A stretch of 64,000 nt of DNA. Origin: Alphaproteobacteria bacterium (GTDB taxonomy: Bacteria; Pseudomonadota; Alphaproteobacteria; UBA9219). The translations under genes and the position numbers were made by a program. The notes beneath the pieces are model-generated. The model was given only the letters and a program-made list of their open reading frames with translations. It did no database searches and was not told where the DNA came from. The stretch spans positions 67,477 through 131,476 of the forward strand of contig WRDR01000002.1 of NCBI GenBank assembly GCA_009779745.1, in the 5' to 3' direction. Below are positions 28,825 to 38,825 of the stretch, piece after piece (the first letter of the stretch is position 1; the number at the start of each line of letters is the position of its first letter).

Positions 28825-29157
28825 TCATTCTGCCGGATTAGGATCAAAGAACTTTTCGTACTTGCCCTCTGCGTCCTTGTACTCGTCAGCATCTGCCGGA
28901 GGCTGTTTCTTCTCAGAACAATTAGGCCATTTCTCAGAATACTCTTTATTGAGCTTCAGCCATTTTCCTGCCGATTTATCAGTATCAGAGACAATAGCCT
29001 TTGCAGGACACTCCGGAGCGCAAACGCCGCAATCAATGCACTCGTCCGGATTTATCACAAGCATATTCTTGCCTTCATAAAAACAGTCTACAGGGCAGAC
29101 CTCAACGCAGTCCATATATTTGCATTTGATACAGGCTTCATTAACGACATAAGTCAT
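28825..29157 (-). CDS. fdxA: 7Fe ferredoxin (FdxA-type)
   Basis: [14 protein letters not shown] plus [12 protein letters not shown] cluster motifs. Confidence 0.9.
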   Translation of the reverse strand: MTYVVNEACIKCKYMDCVEVCPVDCFYEGKNMLVINPDECIDCGVCAPECPAKAIVSDTDKSAGKWLKLNKEYSEKWPNCSEKKQPPADADEYKDAEGKYEKFFDPNPAE

Positions 29158-29282
29158 AGAAAGACTCCTCTTTTAAAAATAGAATTACAGGCACTATATA
29201 AAACAGTCCTTAAAGAATATCAACACAAACTATAATTTAGTTGTAAGTTTTAGCGGAAAGCTATAATACCTACTAGCATAAC

Positions 29283-29358
29283 GCCGCTGTAGCTCAGTTG
29301 GTAGAGCAGGGCATTCGTAATGCCAAGGTCGGGAGTTCAAGTCTCTTCAGCGGCACCA
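29283..29358 (+). tRNA. trnT: tRNA-Thr (anticodon CGT)
   Basis: Acceptor GCCGCTG/CAGCGGC. Anticodon loop TTCGTAA. TPsiC arm GGTTCAAGTCT is less canonical here (the gene reads GAGTTCAAGTCTC). CCA is encoded. Confidence 0.8.
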
Positions 29359-29509
29359 CCCTTTGCAAAGGAACACCGGGCGGCTTGCCATGTTTGCAGA
29401 TTCATGCTGACGCCCCTATTATGCATAAGCCTATATGCAGGCTGACCTCTATTTCTTGACAAGATTATAAAGTCATGCAAGGCTGTCTGTCTGCCCGCAC
29501 TATTTTTTA

Positions 29510-30067
29510 TTGTGTGGATTTTCAGGGGTAAAAATGCCGTATTTCTTGCGAGCTTTCAGTGTTCTGGCACTTATAACATATTCTCCAAATTGTTATGCTA
29601 AATCTGCAATCGAGCAAATCGGCGATTATACGCAAGTCATAGTTCCGGCATATGCCTTTGGCATGGCTGTGCAGGAAGAGGGCTGGGAAGGCACAAGACA
29701 ATTTATTTATTCATTCGGAGCAATGCAGGCCAGCGTTTTGGGATTAAAATATTCGATAGATGCAAAGAGACCGAACGGATGTGATAACAGGTCGTTTCCA
29801 AGCGGGCATACTGCCGCGGCATTTAGCGGCGCAACTTTCATTCACAAGAGATATGGAATAGAAAGAGCGATTATTCCTTATATGGTTGCAGGATTTACAG
29901 GATACTCCAGAGTTCATGCGGAAAAGCATTACTGGTACGACGTAGTGGCAGGCGCAGCAATCAGCGGTTTATTCACTTGGATTTTTGTTGATGAGTATAA
30001 CTATGACAAACTTCAAGTGTCTGCAGATCCTAAATCCGTATATGTAGGATACAAAACAGAGTTTTGA
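29510..30067 (+). CDS. PAP2-superfamily membrane phosphatase with signal peptide (LpxE/PgpB-like)
   Basis: PAP2 motifs KYSIDAKRP, PSGH, SRVHAEKHYWYDV. Confidence 0.75.
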   Translation: MCGFSGVKMPYFLRAFSVLALITYSPNCYAKSAIEQIGDYTQVIVPAYAFGMAVQEEGWEGTRQFIYSFGAMQASVLGLKYSIDAKRPNGCDNRSFPSGHTAAAFSGATFIHKRYGIERAIIPYMVAGFTGYSRVHAEKHYWYDVVAGAAISGLFTWIFVDEYNYDKLQVSADPKSVYVGYKTEF

Positions 30068-30103
30068 TACTTCATACTTTCGATTTTTGCAAACTATGAA
30101 GTA

Positions 30104-30760
30104 TCAAGAAAGTAAAGTTTTATTCTCATACGGGCACAACTCCTCAACACAACACTCGGGACAATGCGGGGAGCGGGCGGTGCAGACGTACCTTCCGTGC
30201 AGCACTAAATAATGATGTGCGTTCGAAAGATACTTTTTCGGAACTATTGCCATGAGCTGCGTTTCTATGTCTTCGGGATTGTCTCCGAATGCAAGCCCCA
30301 GCCTGTTCGCTACTCTGAGTACGTGGCGGTCTACTGCTATAACCGGTTTGCCGAAAACAGAATTCAGAATCACATTCGCTGTTTTTCTTCCGACTCCGGG
30401 AAGAGTCAATAAATCTTCCATGTTGTCCGGCAATTTGCTGTGAAACCTCTCAACCAATGCCTTGGACAGCTTTATTATATTTTCAGACTTCGAATTATAA
30501 AATCCTACAGTCTTTATATATCCTATCAGTCCTTTCTTGCCTAATTTCAGCATCTCTTCCGGAGTCTTTACTCTTTCAAACAGACTCTTAGTCGCCTTGT
30601 TGACTCCTTTATCTGTGGCTTGCGCAGATAACACTACGGCAACAAGGAATGTGAACTCATTCACTGAATCCAACTCTGATTTAGGCGCAGGAATAGACTT
30701 TGCGAGGAGGGCGAATATTTTTGATATGTTGTTCATTGTTTTACACTTCACTTCTAACAT
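30104..30760 (-). CDS. nth: Endonuclease III (Nth)
   Basis: HhH-GPD (LPGVGRKTANVIL). C-terminal 4Fe-4S CTARSPHCPECC..C. Confidence 0.9.
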   Translation of the reverse strand: MLEVKCKTMNNISKIFALLAKSIPAPKSELDSVNEFTFLVAVVLSAQATDKGVNKATKSLFERVKTPEEMLKLGKKGLIGYIKTVGFYNSKSENIIKLSKALVERFHSKLPDNMEDLLTLPGVGRKTANVILNSVFGKPVIAVDRHVLRVANRLGLAFGDNPEDIETQLMAIVPKKYLSNAHHYLVLHGRYVCTARSPHCPECCVEELCPYENKTLLS

Positions 30761-30761
30761 T

Positions 30762-30953
30762 TGTCATTCCCGTGAAGGCGGGAATAGGGCAAGCCTGCTG
30801 TAATCAAGCAATCTAGTTAGTACTATAACAACATAATATTGAAAGAAAAACTCTATTCAAACGCCTCACTAATAAAATTGTATCTTGTACCAACCTTGCC
30901 CACTCCCGCCTACGCGGGAGTGACAAGCGGAGGCTTGGGAGTGACAGCCGGAG
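30762..30953. repeat. GC-rich palindromes ttgtcattcccgtgaaggcgggaatagg (30762-30789) and cactcccgcctacgcgggagtgacaagcggaggcttgggagtgacagccggagg (30901-30953)
   Basis: ATTCCC-N8-GGGAAT inverted repeat. Related copy at 90-117 (reverse complement), and 39783 / 52195 variants. Confidence 0.6.
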
Positions 30954-31096
30954 GAAAGCAACTTCCAATCTGAAAATATCCTAACTATTTGTAATTTCTT
31001 AATTTTTGAAAATATTCTCATTTTTCATTAAATAGTTTCATAGTTTTAGTATACAATGCAAATTATAGTTAATTAATATTTTGAAAAAATAATATA

Positions 31097-32281
31097 ATGC
31101 ATTCTCCATACGCTTATTCGCAGCCGGCTCCGACTGCCCCGACTCCCCACGAAGACTCCTGTACTTGCGCTATTACGGAAGAGCTTATACAGATAGCGGA
31201 AGATTCTCCCACAAGAGACTATTTTGCAAAAGCTGTCTTGTCTTTAAGCGAGGACGATTTTCCGCTGTCCCCCGAAGAAATGCTCGCATTATATAACATA
31301 CCGGAAACTGAGGCATATATTATAGCAAAAACCTATTCCGGAGCCAATCCTGTAACATACGATATTCTAAATTTGGCAAGAAAAGTTGTAAAAGAGAACA
31401 ATATCGAACATTTTCAGAAAATTAATTCTGAGTGGCTTTTTATGGACACAGAACATTTCGTTGAGTTAACTGAGGATGTTGGTAACTTGATAGTGGCACT
31501 TAGCGAATCCCACGATGTTAAGAAGCTCATCGAGGATTATTACATGATGAGTACAGACGAAAAAGTGGTCTGTCTGCAAAAAATTCTTGATACTGCAGCC
31601 GAAACTCTCGATCTTCCATATACACAACTTGAGACATTTCAACAAGCAAGGACTGATGAGATATTAACTTATGGAAGCGTATGGACTAAGAAATTAAATG
31701 ACGGCAAACATATTATTGAGTTCAATATTCATGATGATGCTCTGAATGATCCTATTGAAAACATAAAAACAATAATACACGAACTGCAGCATATAAAACA
31801 ATGGCACCTAGGCTATACCGCAGATAATAATACCCTTGATGAACTGTTAGCTTTAAGTCTTAGATGGGTCCTCTCCAGCGAGGACTTTGGATATGACACC
31901 TACAAGAACTCTCCGCATGAATTTATAGCAACTTTCTATGCTTATCTAGGCAAGAAAGATTTGGAAAAGATGACAGCCCCTTGTACCTCGGATACGGCAA
32001 GCACCTGTTTCAACGAAGGGTACTTTAGTGGTATTATTGATCAGTTTACTGACTGCATAGGAGAGATATGCAGTACTATTGATACATCGGCTTTAGATAT
32101 TGTTGGGGCAAGTTTTCCGGTAAGTGCACTCTTACTATTTGCAAGGACGCAGGGAAGTATAATTGTGAAAGATAAGCTATGGGAAAGGAGGATAAATAAT
32201 GCTTTGGCAGGATGCCAACAAGAGCCCTCAGCACCAGTATTAAAGACCAGCAACCCGGCATTAACGCATAACTTTTGTTAG
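31097..32281 (+). CDS. Hypothetical protein with an HExxH motif, a candidate zinc metallopeptidase/effector
   Basis: HELQH at ~aa 240, with Glu/Asp-rich downstream helices. No recognisable signal peptide. AT-rich upstream region with repeat copies. Confidence 0.4.
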   Translation: MHSPYAYSQPAPTAPTPHEDSCTCAITEELIQIAEDSPTRDYFAKAVLSLSEDDFPLSPEEMLALYNIPETEAYIIAKTYSGANPVTYDILNLARKVVKENNIEHFQKINSEWLFMDTEHFVELTEDVGNLIVALSESHDVKKLIEDYYMMSTDEKVVCLQKILDTAAETLDLPYTQLETFQQARTDEILTYGSVWTKKLNDGKHIIEFNIHDDALNDPIENIKTIIHELQHIKQWHLGYTADNNTLDELLALSLRWVLSSEDFGYDTYKNSPHEFIATFYAYLGKKDLEKMTAPCTSDTASTCFNEGYFSGIIDQFTDCIGEICSTIDTSALDIVGASFPVSALLLFARTQGSIIVKDKLWERRINNALAGCQQEPSAPVLKTSNPALTHNFC

Positions 32282-32293
32282 GTTAGAGTATTT

Positions 32294-33748
32294 TCATTTT
32301 CCTAATTTATTTTTAAGCAACTCATTCAGCATTGTCGGATTTGCCTTGCCGCCCATAGCCTTCATGACCTGCCCGACAAAAAATCCGAACAGCTTGTCTT
32401 TTCCGGATTTGTACTCGGCGACCTTATCGGCATTAGCTGCAAGCACTTCATCGATAATTTTCTCGATGGCTCCGGAATCAGAAACCTGTTTCAGCCCCTT
32501 TTCTTCCACTATAGCCTTGGCAGTCTTGTTGCTTGAAAGCATGTCTTCAAACACATCTTTAGCCAACCGTCCGGATAATGTTCTGTCACTTATAAGTCCT
32601 ACAAGCTCTTTAAGCATCTCCTCGGAAACAGGACTCTCTTCTATGGATTTGCCGAGTTTGTTCAATGCTCCGAACAGCTCTGTTGTAACCCAATTCGCTG
32701 TCAGCTTTGCATCGCCTCCTTTAGCTGCTTTTTCAAAGAAATCCGCAGTTGCCTTTTCCGCAACCAGCACCAGAGCATCATAAGGTTTCAGCCCGTACTC
32801 TGTGATAAAGCGATTCTTTTTCTCATCAGGCAATTCCGGCAATTCTGCTTTTATCTTTTCCACCATGCTTGCCTCTAAAACCAGAGGCAGCAAATCCGGA
32901 TCCGGAAAATACCTATAATCATGAGCGTTCTCTTTAGACCTCATGCTTCTTGTAACTCCCTTTCCGGTGTCCCACAAACGAGTCTCTTGTACCAGCTTCC
33001 CTCCTCCCTCTAAAACTTCTACCTGCCTTTGCGCTTCGTACTCTATTGCCTGCTGCACGAATTTTATCGAATTCACATTCTTTATCTCACACCTTGTCCC
33101 GAGCTCTTTAACTCCCCTCTTCCTCACTGACAAATTAACATCACAGCGCATCGACCCCTCGTCCATGTTTCCGTCACACGTTCCCAGATACCTCATAATC
33201 GCCCGCAGCTTCTTCACATATGCGCCGGCCTCTTCAGGAGACCTCATGTCTGGCTCCGACACTATTTCCATTAACGCTACTCCTGCGCGGTTCAAGTCTA
33301 TGAAGGTATCGTCCGCACTCTGATCATGCAGACTCTTTCCTGCGTCCTGTTCAAGATGCAGTCTTGTTATTCCTATGACTCTGGTCTCGCCGTTCTCTAA
33401 GTCTAAGGAAATCTCTCCTTTCCCAACTATAGGGTGCTTGAACTGACTTATCTGATACCCGGAAGGCAAGTCCGCATAAAAATAATTCTTCCTGTCAAAT
33501 ACAGACCTCAAGTTAATCTGAGCCTTCAATCCTAATCCTGTTTTTACAGCCTGCTCTATGCACTTCTCATTTATCACAGGCAGCATTCCGGGGAAACCTG
33601 CGTCTATGAAACTAACGCTCTCGTTAGGTCCGGCTCCGAAAGATGCGGAGGCTCCTGAAAATAATTTAGAATCGGAGATTATTTGAGCGTGTACCTCAAG
33701 TCCTATAACAACTTCCCATTCTCCTGTCTGTCCTTGTACGTAATACAT
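32294..33748 (-). CDS. gatB: Asp/Glu-tRNA amidotransferase subunit B
   Basis: Full-length GatB homology ([12 protein letters not shown]..., C-terminal YqeY-like domain). Confidence 0.92.
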   Translation of the reverse strand: MYYVQGQTGEWEVVIGLEVHAQIISDSKLFSGASASFGAGPNESVSFIDAGFPGMLPVINEKCIEQAVKTGLGLKAQINLRSVFDRKNYFYADLPSGYQISQFKHPIVGKGEISLDLENGETRVIGITRLHLEQDAGKSLHDQSADDTFIDLNRAGVALMEIVSEPDMRSPEEAGAYVKKLRAIMRYLGTCDGNMDEGSMRCDVNLSVRKRGVKELGTRCEIKNVNSIKFVQQAIEYEAQRQVEVLEGGGKLVQETRLWDTGKGVTRSMRSKENAHDYRYFPDPDLLPLVLEASMVEKIKAELPELPDEKKNRFITEYGLKPYDALVLVAEKATADFFEKAAKGGDAKLTANWVTTELFGALNKLGKSIEESPVSEEMLKELVGLISDRTLSGRLAKDVFEDMLSSNKTAKAIVEEKGLKQVSDSGAIEKIIDEVLAANADKVAEYKSGKDKLFGFFVGQVMKAMGGKANPTMLNELLKNKLGK

Positions 33749-33757
33749 CTTTTCCTC

Positions 33758-35239
33758 TTATACGGTAAATAAAGGTTTGTGTGTAAAGTTAGCCGACTCT
33801 TCCAAAGAACGCGCCGCACTAATCAGAGTCTCCTCATCAAAAGCCTTTCCTATAAGCTGCATGCCTATCGGCAGCTTTTCAGAAGACAGCCCAACAGGCA
33901 GGCATATGCCCGGCAGCCCTGCTAAATTCAGCGTGACAGTGAACACATCTTCCAGATAAAGCTGTAAAGGGTCTTTTTGTTTTTCTTCTATGGCAAATGC
34001 AGGAGAAGGCGCAGCTGGAGTAAGTATGACATCGCATTTTTTGAAGGCATTTATGAAATCCTGACGTATCAGCCGTCTTACCTGCTGAGCCCTCAAATAA
34101 TAAGCGTCATAGTATCCGGCAGACAGAACATAAGTCCCAATCATTATGCGGCGCTGAACCTCTTTTCCAAAGCCCTCTGAACGAGTCATATCATACATAT
34201 CGTTCAGACTCTCGCCGTTGACTCTGAGACCAAACCGGACTCCGTCATACTTGGCAAAATTAGAAGATGCCTCGGCAGGAGCTATGATATAGTAAACCGG
34301 CAGTGCATATTTAGTATGAGGCAATGTTATATCCATGACCTCTGCGCCTGCGGCTTTCAGCATATCGGCAGCTTTCTGCCACACAGCGTCTACGTCCGCG
34401 TTCATGCCTTTTATACGGTACTCGGAAGGAATGCCAATCTTCAGTCCTTTGACTCCTTTTCCCAGAGCCTGCGTATAATCAGGAACAGGTATGTCTACGG
34501 ACATAGAATCTTTCTCATCAAATCCTGACATCAGCTTCAGCATAAGAGCCGCATCTTCCACATTCCTAGTCATAGGTCCAGCCTGATCCAAAGAAGAGGC
34601 AAACGCAACAATACCGAACCTAGAGCAGCGTCCGTAAGTAGGCTTTATGCCTACGGTTCCGGTTAAAGAAGCAGGCTGACGTATAGAGCCTCCGGTATCG
34701 GTACCCAAAGCAGCCAAGGCTATTCTTGCAGCCACTGCCGCAGCAGAGCCTCCGGAAGAGCCTCCGGGAATCAGCTTTCTTTTCGCACCAAGAATATCGC
34801 CTTCTGTCCAAGGATTTATAGTAGGCTTGAAATAGCTGGTTGCAGTCGTAGAACCCATGGCGAATTCGTCTAAATTTGTTTTGCCTAGTGTAACAGCACC
34901 GGCATCAAGCAGCTTTTGCGTTATAGTAGATTCGTATGGCGGTACAAAATTTTCCAGCATTTTACTGGCAGAGGTAGTACGTATGCCTCTAGTGCAGAAC
35001 AAATCTTTAATAGCCAAAGGAATACCGTCTAATGCTTTTGCATGTCCGGAGGCTCTTCTTGCGTCCGAGACTCTTGCTTGAGCCAGAGCAAGTTCAGGAG
35101 TCTCTGTGATAAAAGCATTCAGACACGCAGCTTTCTGCATTCCGTCTATGTGAGCATGAACAAGCTCCACAGCGGAAAACTCTTTATTCTTTAGTCCGTT
35201 CAACGCCTGAACAACAGTAAGGTCTGTTAATTTAGTCAT
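33758..35239 (-). CDS. gatA: Asp/Glu-tRNA amidotransferase subunit A (amidase family)
   Basis: Amidase signature [12 protein letters not shown]. The Ser-cisSer-Lys triad context is present. Confidence 0.92.
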   Translation of the reverse strand: MTKLTDLTVVQALNGLKNKEFSAVELVHAHIDGMQKAACLNAFITETPELALAQARVSDARRASGHAKALDGIPLAIKDLFCTRGIRTTSASKMLENFVPPYESTITQKLLDAGAVTLGKTNLDEFAMGSTTATSYFKPTINPWTEGDILGAKRKLIPGGSSGGSAAAVAARIALAALGTDTGGSIRQPASLTGTVGIKPTYGRCSRFGIVAFASSLDQAGPMTRNVEDAALMLKLMSGFDEKDSMSVDIPVPDYTQALGKGVKGLKIGIPSEYRIKGMNADVDAVWQKAADMLKAAGAEVMDITLPHTKYALPVYYIIAPAEASSNFAKYDGVRFGLRVNGESLNDMYDMTRSEGFGKEVQRRIMIGTYVLSAGYYDAYYLRAQQVRRLIRQDFINAFKKCDVILTPAAPSPAFAIEEKQKDPLQLYLEDVFTVTLNLAGLPGICLPVGLSSEKLPIGMQLIGKAFDEETLISAARSLEESANFTHKPLFTV

Positions 35240-35258
35240 GTAGTACTTCTTTCATTAA

Positions 35259-35570
35259 TTATTCTATAACTTTAGGAACAGTGAAAAAACCCATAGCAGC
35301 GGAAGGAGCGTTCGCCAGAATCTGAGTCTGTATGTTTCCGTCATTTACTATATCCGGACGGCTGCGCAAACTTCCGTAGTCTTCATCGTTCACGTTTACC
35401 AGAGGCTCTATACCAACAGTATTAACCTCATCAAGCTGAACAACCCAGTTCAAGATAACGTTCAGTTCATCTGCCATAGCCGGCTTTTCTTCGTCTGTCA
35501 CCTTTATACGAGCCAGATTAGCTATATTGGCAACAGTTTCTTTAGTAATAGGATTTGAATTGTTTTGCAT
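35259..35570 (-). CDS. gatC: Asp/Glu-tRNA amidotransferase subunit C (start taken at MQNNSN)
   Basis: ~100-aa GatC fold immediately upstream of gatA. Confidence 0.8.
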   Translation of the reverse strand: MQNNSNPITKETVANIANLARIKVTDEEKPAMADELNVILNWVVQLDEVNTVGIEPLVNVNDEDYGSLRSRPDIVNDGNIQTQILANAPSAAMGFFTVPKVIE

Positions 35571-35630
35571 AGTGTTCTCTTTTGGTATAATTATAAAAGC
35601 GACTCCAAGCAAAGAAAGTTACACTACTCT

Positions 35631-36137
35631 ATGATGATACGCAACATTTCTGATATTCCTAACCTAATAAAAAAAGGGCAGAGCCTCTTGGGCATAGACT
35701 ACGGAAGCAAAATAATAGGAATTGCAGTGTCTGACGAAGGGTTAACAATAGCAAGTCCTTTAATATCGCTGACAAGAACTAAGCTTACCGCAGATATAAA
35801 AGCCATAGCGAAAATAGTAATAGAACGCCATATAGGCGGTTTTGTAATAGGCATGCCTAAAAACATGGACGGCAAGGATAATGCGACTGCGCAGGCAGTG
35901 CGGGCATTTGCACGCAGCCTCACAGTCAATGCGGAGGCGTGCGGTTTTCCAAGCGGTCATGAAGATATGCCCATAGTTTTCTGGGACGAAAGGCTTTCCA
36001 CCGCAGGCATAGAGAAAATGCTTATACGCAATGAAATGAGTCGTCTGCACAGAAGCAGAGTAATAGACAAAATGGCGGCGGCATACATTCTGCAGGGCGC
36101 ATTGGATTGTATTAAGAATGTTGCCGTATGCAGTTAG
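35631..36137 (+). CDS. ruvX: Putative pre-16S rRNA nuclease / Holliday-junction resolvase-like YqgF (RuvX). Start taken at MMIRN.
   Basis: LLGIDYGSKIIGIAVSD and GMPKNMDG motifs. Confidence 0.85.
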   Translation: MMIRNISDIPNLIKKGQSLLGIDYGSKIIGIAVSDEGLTIASPLISLTRTKLTADIKAIAKIVIERHIGGFVIGMPKNMDGKDNATAQAVRAFARSLTVNAEACGFPSGHEDMPIVFWDERLSTAGIEKMLIRNEMSRLHRSRVIDKMAAAYILQGALDCIKNVAVCS

Positions 36138-36365
36138 ATATTTTATATCTAGTTGAAATATAAAGAAAACATACAAAAATAAACATGGTTAACGGAATAT
36201 GCTTGCATATTTTCGTAGTCTGCCGCATAAAAAATATACAACTGAAAGTTTGCAAGGTTTTAAACATACAACTGTAAGTTGAGTGCTAAAATCGAGAACC
36301 TTTATTGGAAGCATACCCAAAATCGTCCCCTTTGTTCAACAACCGCATACATATAGGAGCCTAAA

Positions 36366-36905
36366 ATGATAGGAACCAAAATTTATCCGCAAAACCAACA
36401 GCCAAGCCAAACAAAGAAAGACCCGCCGGAGACTGAGAATATATCTGATCTGGTTAAGAATATATCAATACTGACGCAAAATATTGCAACACCGGAAATA
36501 AAGCAGGTTATAGCCAATCAGATAATAGAAAAAGCTAACTGCAATGAAGATAAGACCGCTGTTAAACCCGAGAGCAAAAGTACGCTCGTAAGCAAAAACG
36601 TAATAATAGAATCAAGAAGAACAAGCGTAAGGCTGGAACCGGAAATGTGGTCCGGGCTCGGTGAAATATCGCAAAGGGAAGGTTTAACCGTGCATAAAAT
36701 ATGTACTGACGTATCGCAGCAGAAACTGAAAGATACATCTTTAACAGCAGCAATAAGAGTTTTCATAATGAGCTATTTCAGAGCGGCAGCTACGGAAGAA
36801 GGTCACAGAAATGCTCATCACGGAAACGGCGTACTATCGAATGGCGGCGGCACTATGTATTGCAGCCGACAAACCTCAAGATTCTCGCCAACCAGCTTCT
36901 CTTGA
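36366..36905 (+). CDS. Ribbon-helix-helix domain protein (conserved alphaproteobacterial family)
   Basis: RRTSVRLEPEMWSGLGEISQREGLT... matches RHH-type. Confidence 0.5.
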   Translation: MIGTKIYPQNQQPSQTKKDPPETENISDLVKNISILTQNIATPEIKQVIANQIIEKANCNEDKTAVKPESKSTLVSKNVIIESRRTSVRLEPEMWSGLGEISQREGLTVHKICTDVSQQKLKDTSLTAAIRVFIMSYFRAAATEEGHRNAHHGNGVLSNGGGTMYCSRQTSRFSPTSFS

Positions 36906-37084
36906 ACTTTGTAGTATTCATTCTCGATTCTTTGGTTGCATATATTTAAATTTATAGGCATAATCAAAAAGAGGGTGATTCTGTCTTATGTAACCATAAT
37001 GGTTCGCAATACCGTAATATATACCGAATCAGGCATTATCTTATGTTGTGTTGCTGCTATTTATTTTCCTGAAGGGGGAAAACA

Positions 37085-37585
37085 ATGTTAAAAAAATTAT
37101 TGTGCTTAACTGCTGCTGTCGTATTAGTTTCCGCTTGCTCAACAACAGGTGTAAACGAAGGTGATGCCGGAAGGTCCGGTCAGCAAGGATACGGTCAGGG
37201 ACAACACGGTGTTTCCAGTGCTACTCCGGGTACTATGGAAGATATGGTCGTCAACGTAGGAGACCGCGTTTTCTTCGCTTTCGACAGATCCGATCTTAAA
37301 CCGGACGCTCAAGACACTCTGGATCGTCAGGCTGCTTGGCTGAAGAAGTTCGGCGGGGTCAAGGTCATCATTGAAGGTCATGCTGACGAAAGAGGCACTC
37401 GTGAGTACAACTTGGCTCTCGGCGAACGCCGCGCTACTGCCGCTAAGAACTACTTAGTCGCCGCCGGTGTTGCTGCTTCCCGCATCAGCACTGTCAGCTA
37501 TGGCAAAGAGCGTCCGGCAGTCGCAGGCAGCAACGAAGCTGCTTGGGCTCAGAACCGCCGCGCTGTTACCGTAGTTGTTCAGTAA
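37085..37585 (+). CDS. pal: Peptidoglycan-associated lipoprotein Pal (OmpA-like domain)
   Basis: Lipobox VSAC. OmpA_C motifs [22 protein letters not shown]. Confidence 0.9.
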   Translation: MLKKLLCLTAAVVLVSACSTTGVNEGDAGRSGQQGYGQGQHGVSSATPGTMEDMVVNVGDRVFFAFDRSDLKPDAQDTLDRQAAWLKKFGGVKVIIEGHADERGTREYNLALGERRATAAKNYLVAAGVAASRISTVSYGKERPAVAGSNEAAWAQNRRAVTVVVQ

Positions 37586-37610
37586 GAGTAAAACTATACG
37601 GATAAGAAAA

Positions 37611-37637
37611 ACCCGCACTTTCGTGCGGGTTTTTTGT
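37611..37637 (+). terminator. Rho-independent terminator after pal: acccgcactttcgtgcgggt followed by a T-tract
   Basis: Perfect 8-bp GC stem, 4-nt loop, tttttgtt tail. Confidence 0.85.
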
Positions 37638-37649
37638 TGAATACTAAAT

Positions 37650-37937
37650 CTAGTGCACTTTCATTTCAGAGACTTCCATCAAGCACTCCATCACTTCTTC
37701 ATATTTATTAGAGTTTATGTCGGAAACGGCTTTAACGCGGAACATATCCGTTAAAAAACGATTTACACTATCCTCAGACATCTGAGTAACATCCGCTACG
37801 TAAGAAACCATATTGAATACGGCATTCTGTTCTATTTCATTCAGAGACTCTCTGGATATTGCCCTGTCAGTGCAGCGTCTGTTATGGTTAACGGTACTAC
37901 CTTTACCACTATCTGTTTGATTTGATTTAGTATTCAT
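37650..37937 (-). CDS. Small hypothetical protein (95 aa), lineage-specific
   Basis: Clean ORF with hydrophilic, plausible composition. Sits in an AT-rich block with the following two genes. Confidence 0.35.
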   Translation of the reverse strand: MNTKSNQTDSGKGSTVNHNRRCTDRAISRESLNEIEQNAVFNMVSYVADVTQMSEDSVNRFLTDMFRVKAVSDINSNKYEEVMECLMEVSEMKVH

Positions 37938-38177
37938 AATTTTATCCTCTAAAAATGTTTAAAAAATTAAATTGCCCTGATGTAAAAAACCAACTATAAG
38001 TATGTTATATACTTAATTTGAGGAAAAAGCAAACACTAAATATACTTTCATAGTATTTTTTACAAAAAATAGGGTTTTTGGCAAAAAATATGATTAATTT
38101 ATATACTGCTAGTTGCTTTTTTTGTTTTTGTAGTGTAAGGTATGGTTTATAAATAGTTAAAACTGACGGAAAAAGCC

Positions 38178-38825
38178 ATGATCAATCACGAACAAGTAAG
38201 AGCTGCAAGAGCTATTCTTAACATAAGCAGAGAAGTTCTGGCAAAGTCAACCGGATTGACTGTAAACGGCATAGCCAAGATAGAAAACGGAGATGTAGGA
38301 GCTAATAAAACGACTCTGGATAATATACAGGCTGTGTTTGAAAACATGGGGCTGGAATTTTTAGGCAACTCCGGAGTACGAAGAAATGATAAAATAGTAG
38401 AAACTTACGAGGGGCAGGAAGCGAACCTAAAGCTTATAGATGATGTTTATGAGACTCTGAAAGACACAGGCGGAGAGGTCTTGATAGCAGGCTTAGATGA
38501 GAGCAAGGCTTTGGAGCTTTTAACACCGGAAATCCTGGACAGTCATTTGGAACGGTTGAAAAAAGCAAACATCACAGAGCGGCTGCTTGTAAGTAAAAAT
38601 AATACTGAATTTCCTTCGCCGATGGAATGCTATCATGTCGTAGCTGATGAATATTTTTCCCCGCATCAAATATTTGTATACGGAGGGAAATTGGCACTTC
38701 TGACGCGAATACCAGTTCCCAAGTCAATAATAATAAATGATGCCCGCTTTGCAGAGGGTGTAAAAAAATTATTTAATTACGTATGGGAAAGAACAGAACG
38801 TCCCAGTGTTAAGAGGGTTAGATAA
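38178..38825 (+). CDS. XRE-family HTH fused to a ~140-aa C-terminal domain of unknown function
   Basis: N-terminal VRAARAILNISREVLAKSTGLTVNGIAKIENGD (HTH_XRE). Confidence 0.6.
   Translation: MINHEQVRAARAILNISREVLAKSTGLTVNGIAKIENGDVGANKTTLDNIQAVFENMGLEFLGNSGVRRNDKIVETYEGQEANLKLIDDVYETLKDTGGEVLIAGLDESKALELLTPEILDSHLERLKKANITERLLVSKNNTEFPSPMECYHVVADEYFSPHQIFVYGGKLALLTRIPVPKSIIINDARFAEGVKKLFNYVWERTERPSVKRVR

Noticed and set aside
29359-29509. tRNA-Thr 3' flank as an integration (att) site for an island
   Set aside because: No direct repeat of the tRNA 3' end was found downstream. No integrase is adjacent. The following gene is an ordinary PAP2 phosphatase.
30762-30789. Identity of ATTCCC-N8-GGGAAT palindromes with Neisseria dRS3 repeats
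   Set aside because: The pattern match is probably coincidental. Genome context and composition are alphaproteobacterial, so no homology is claimed.
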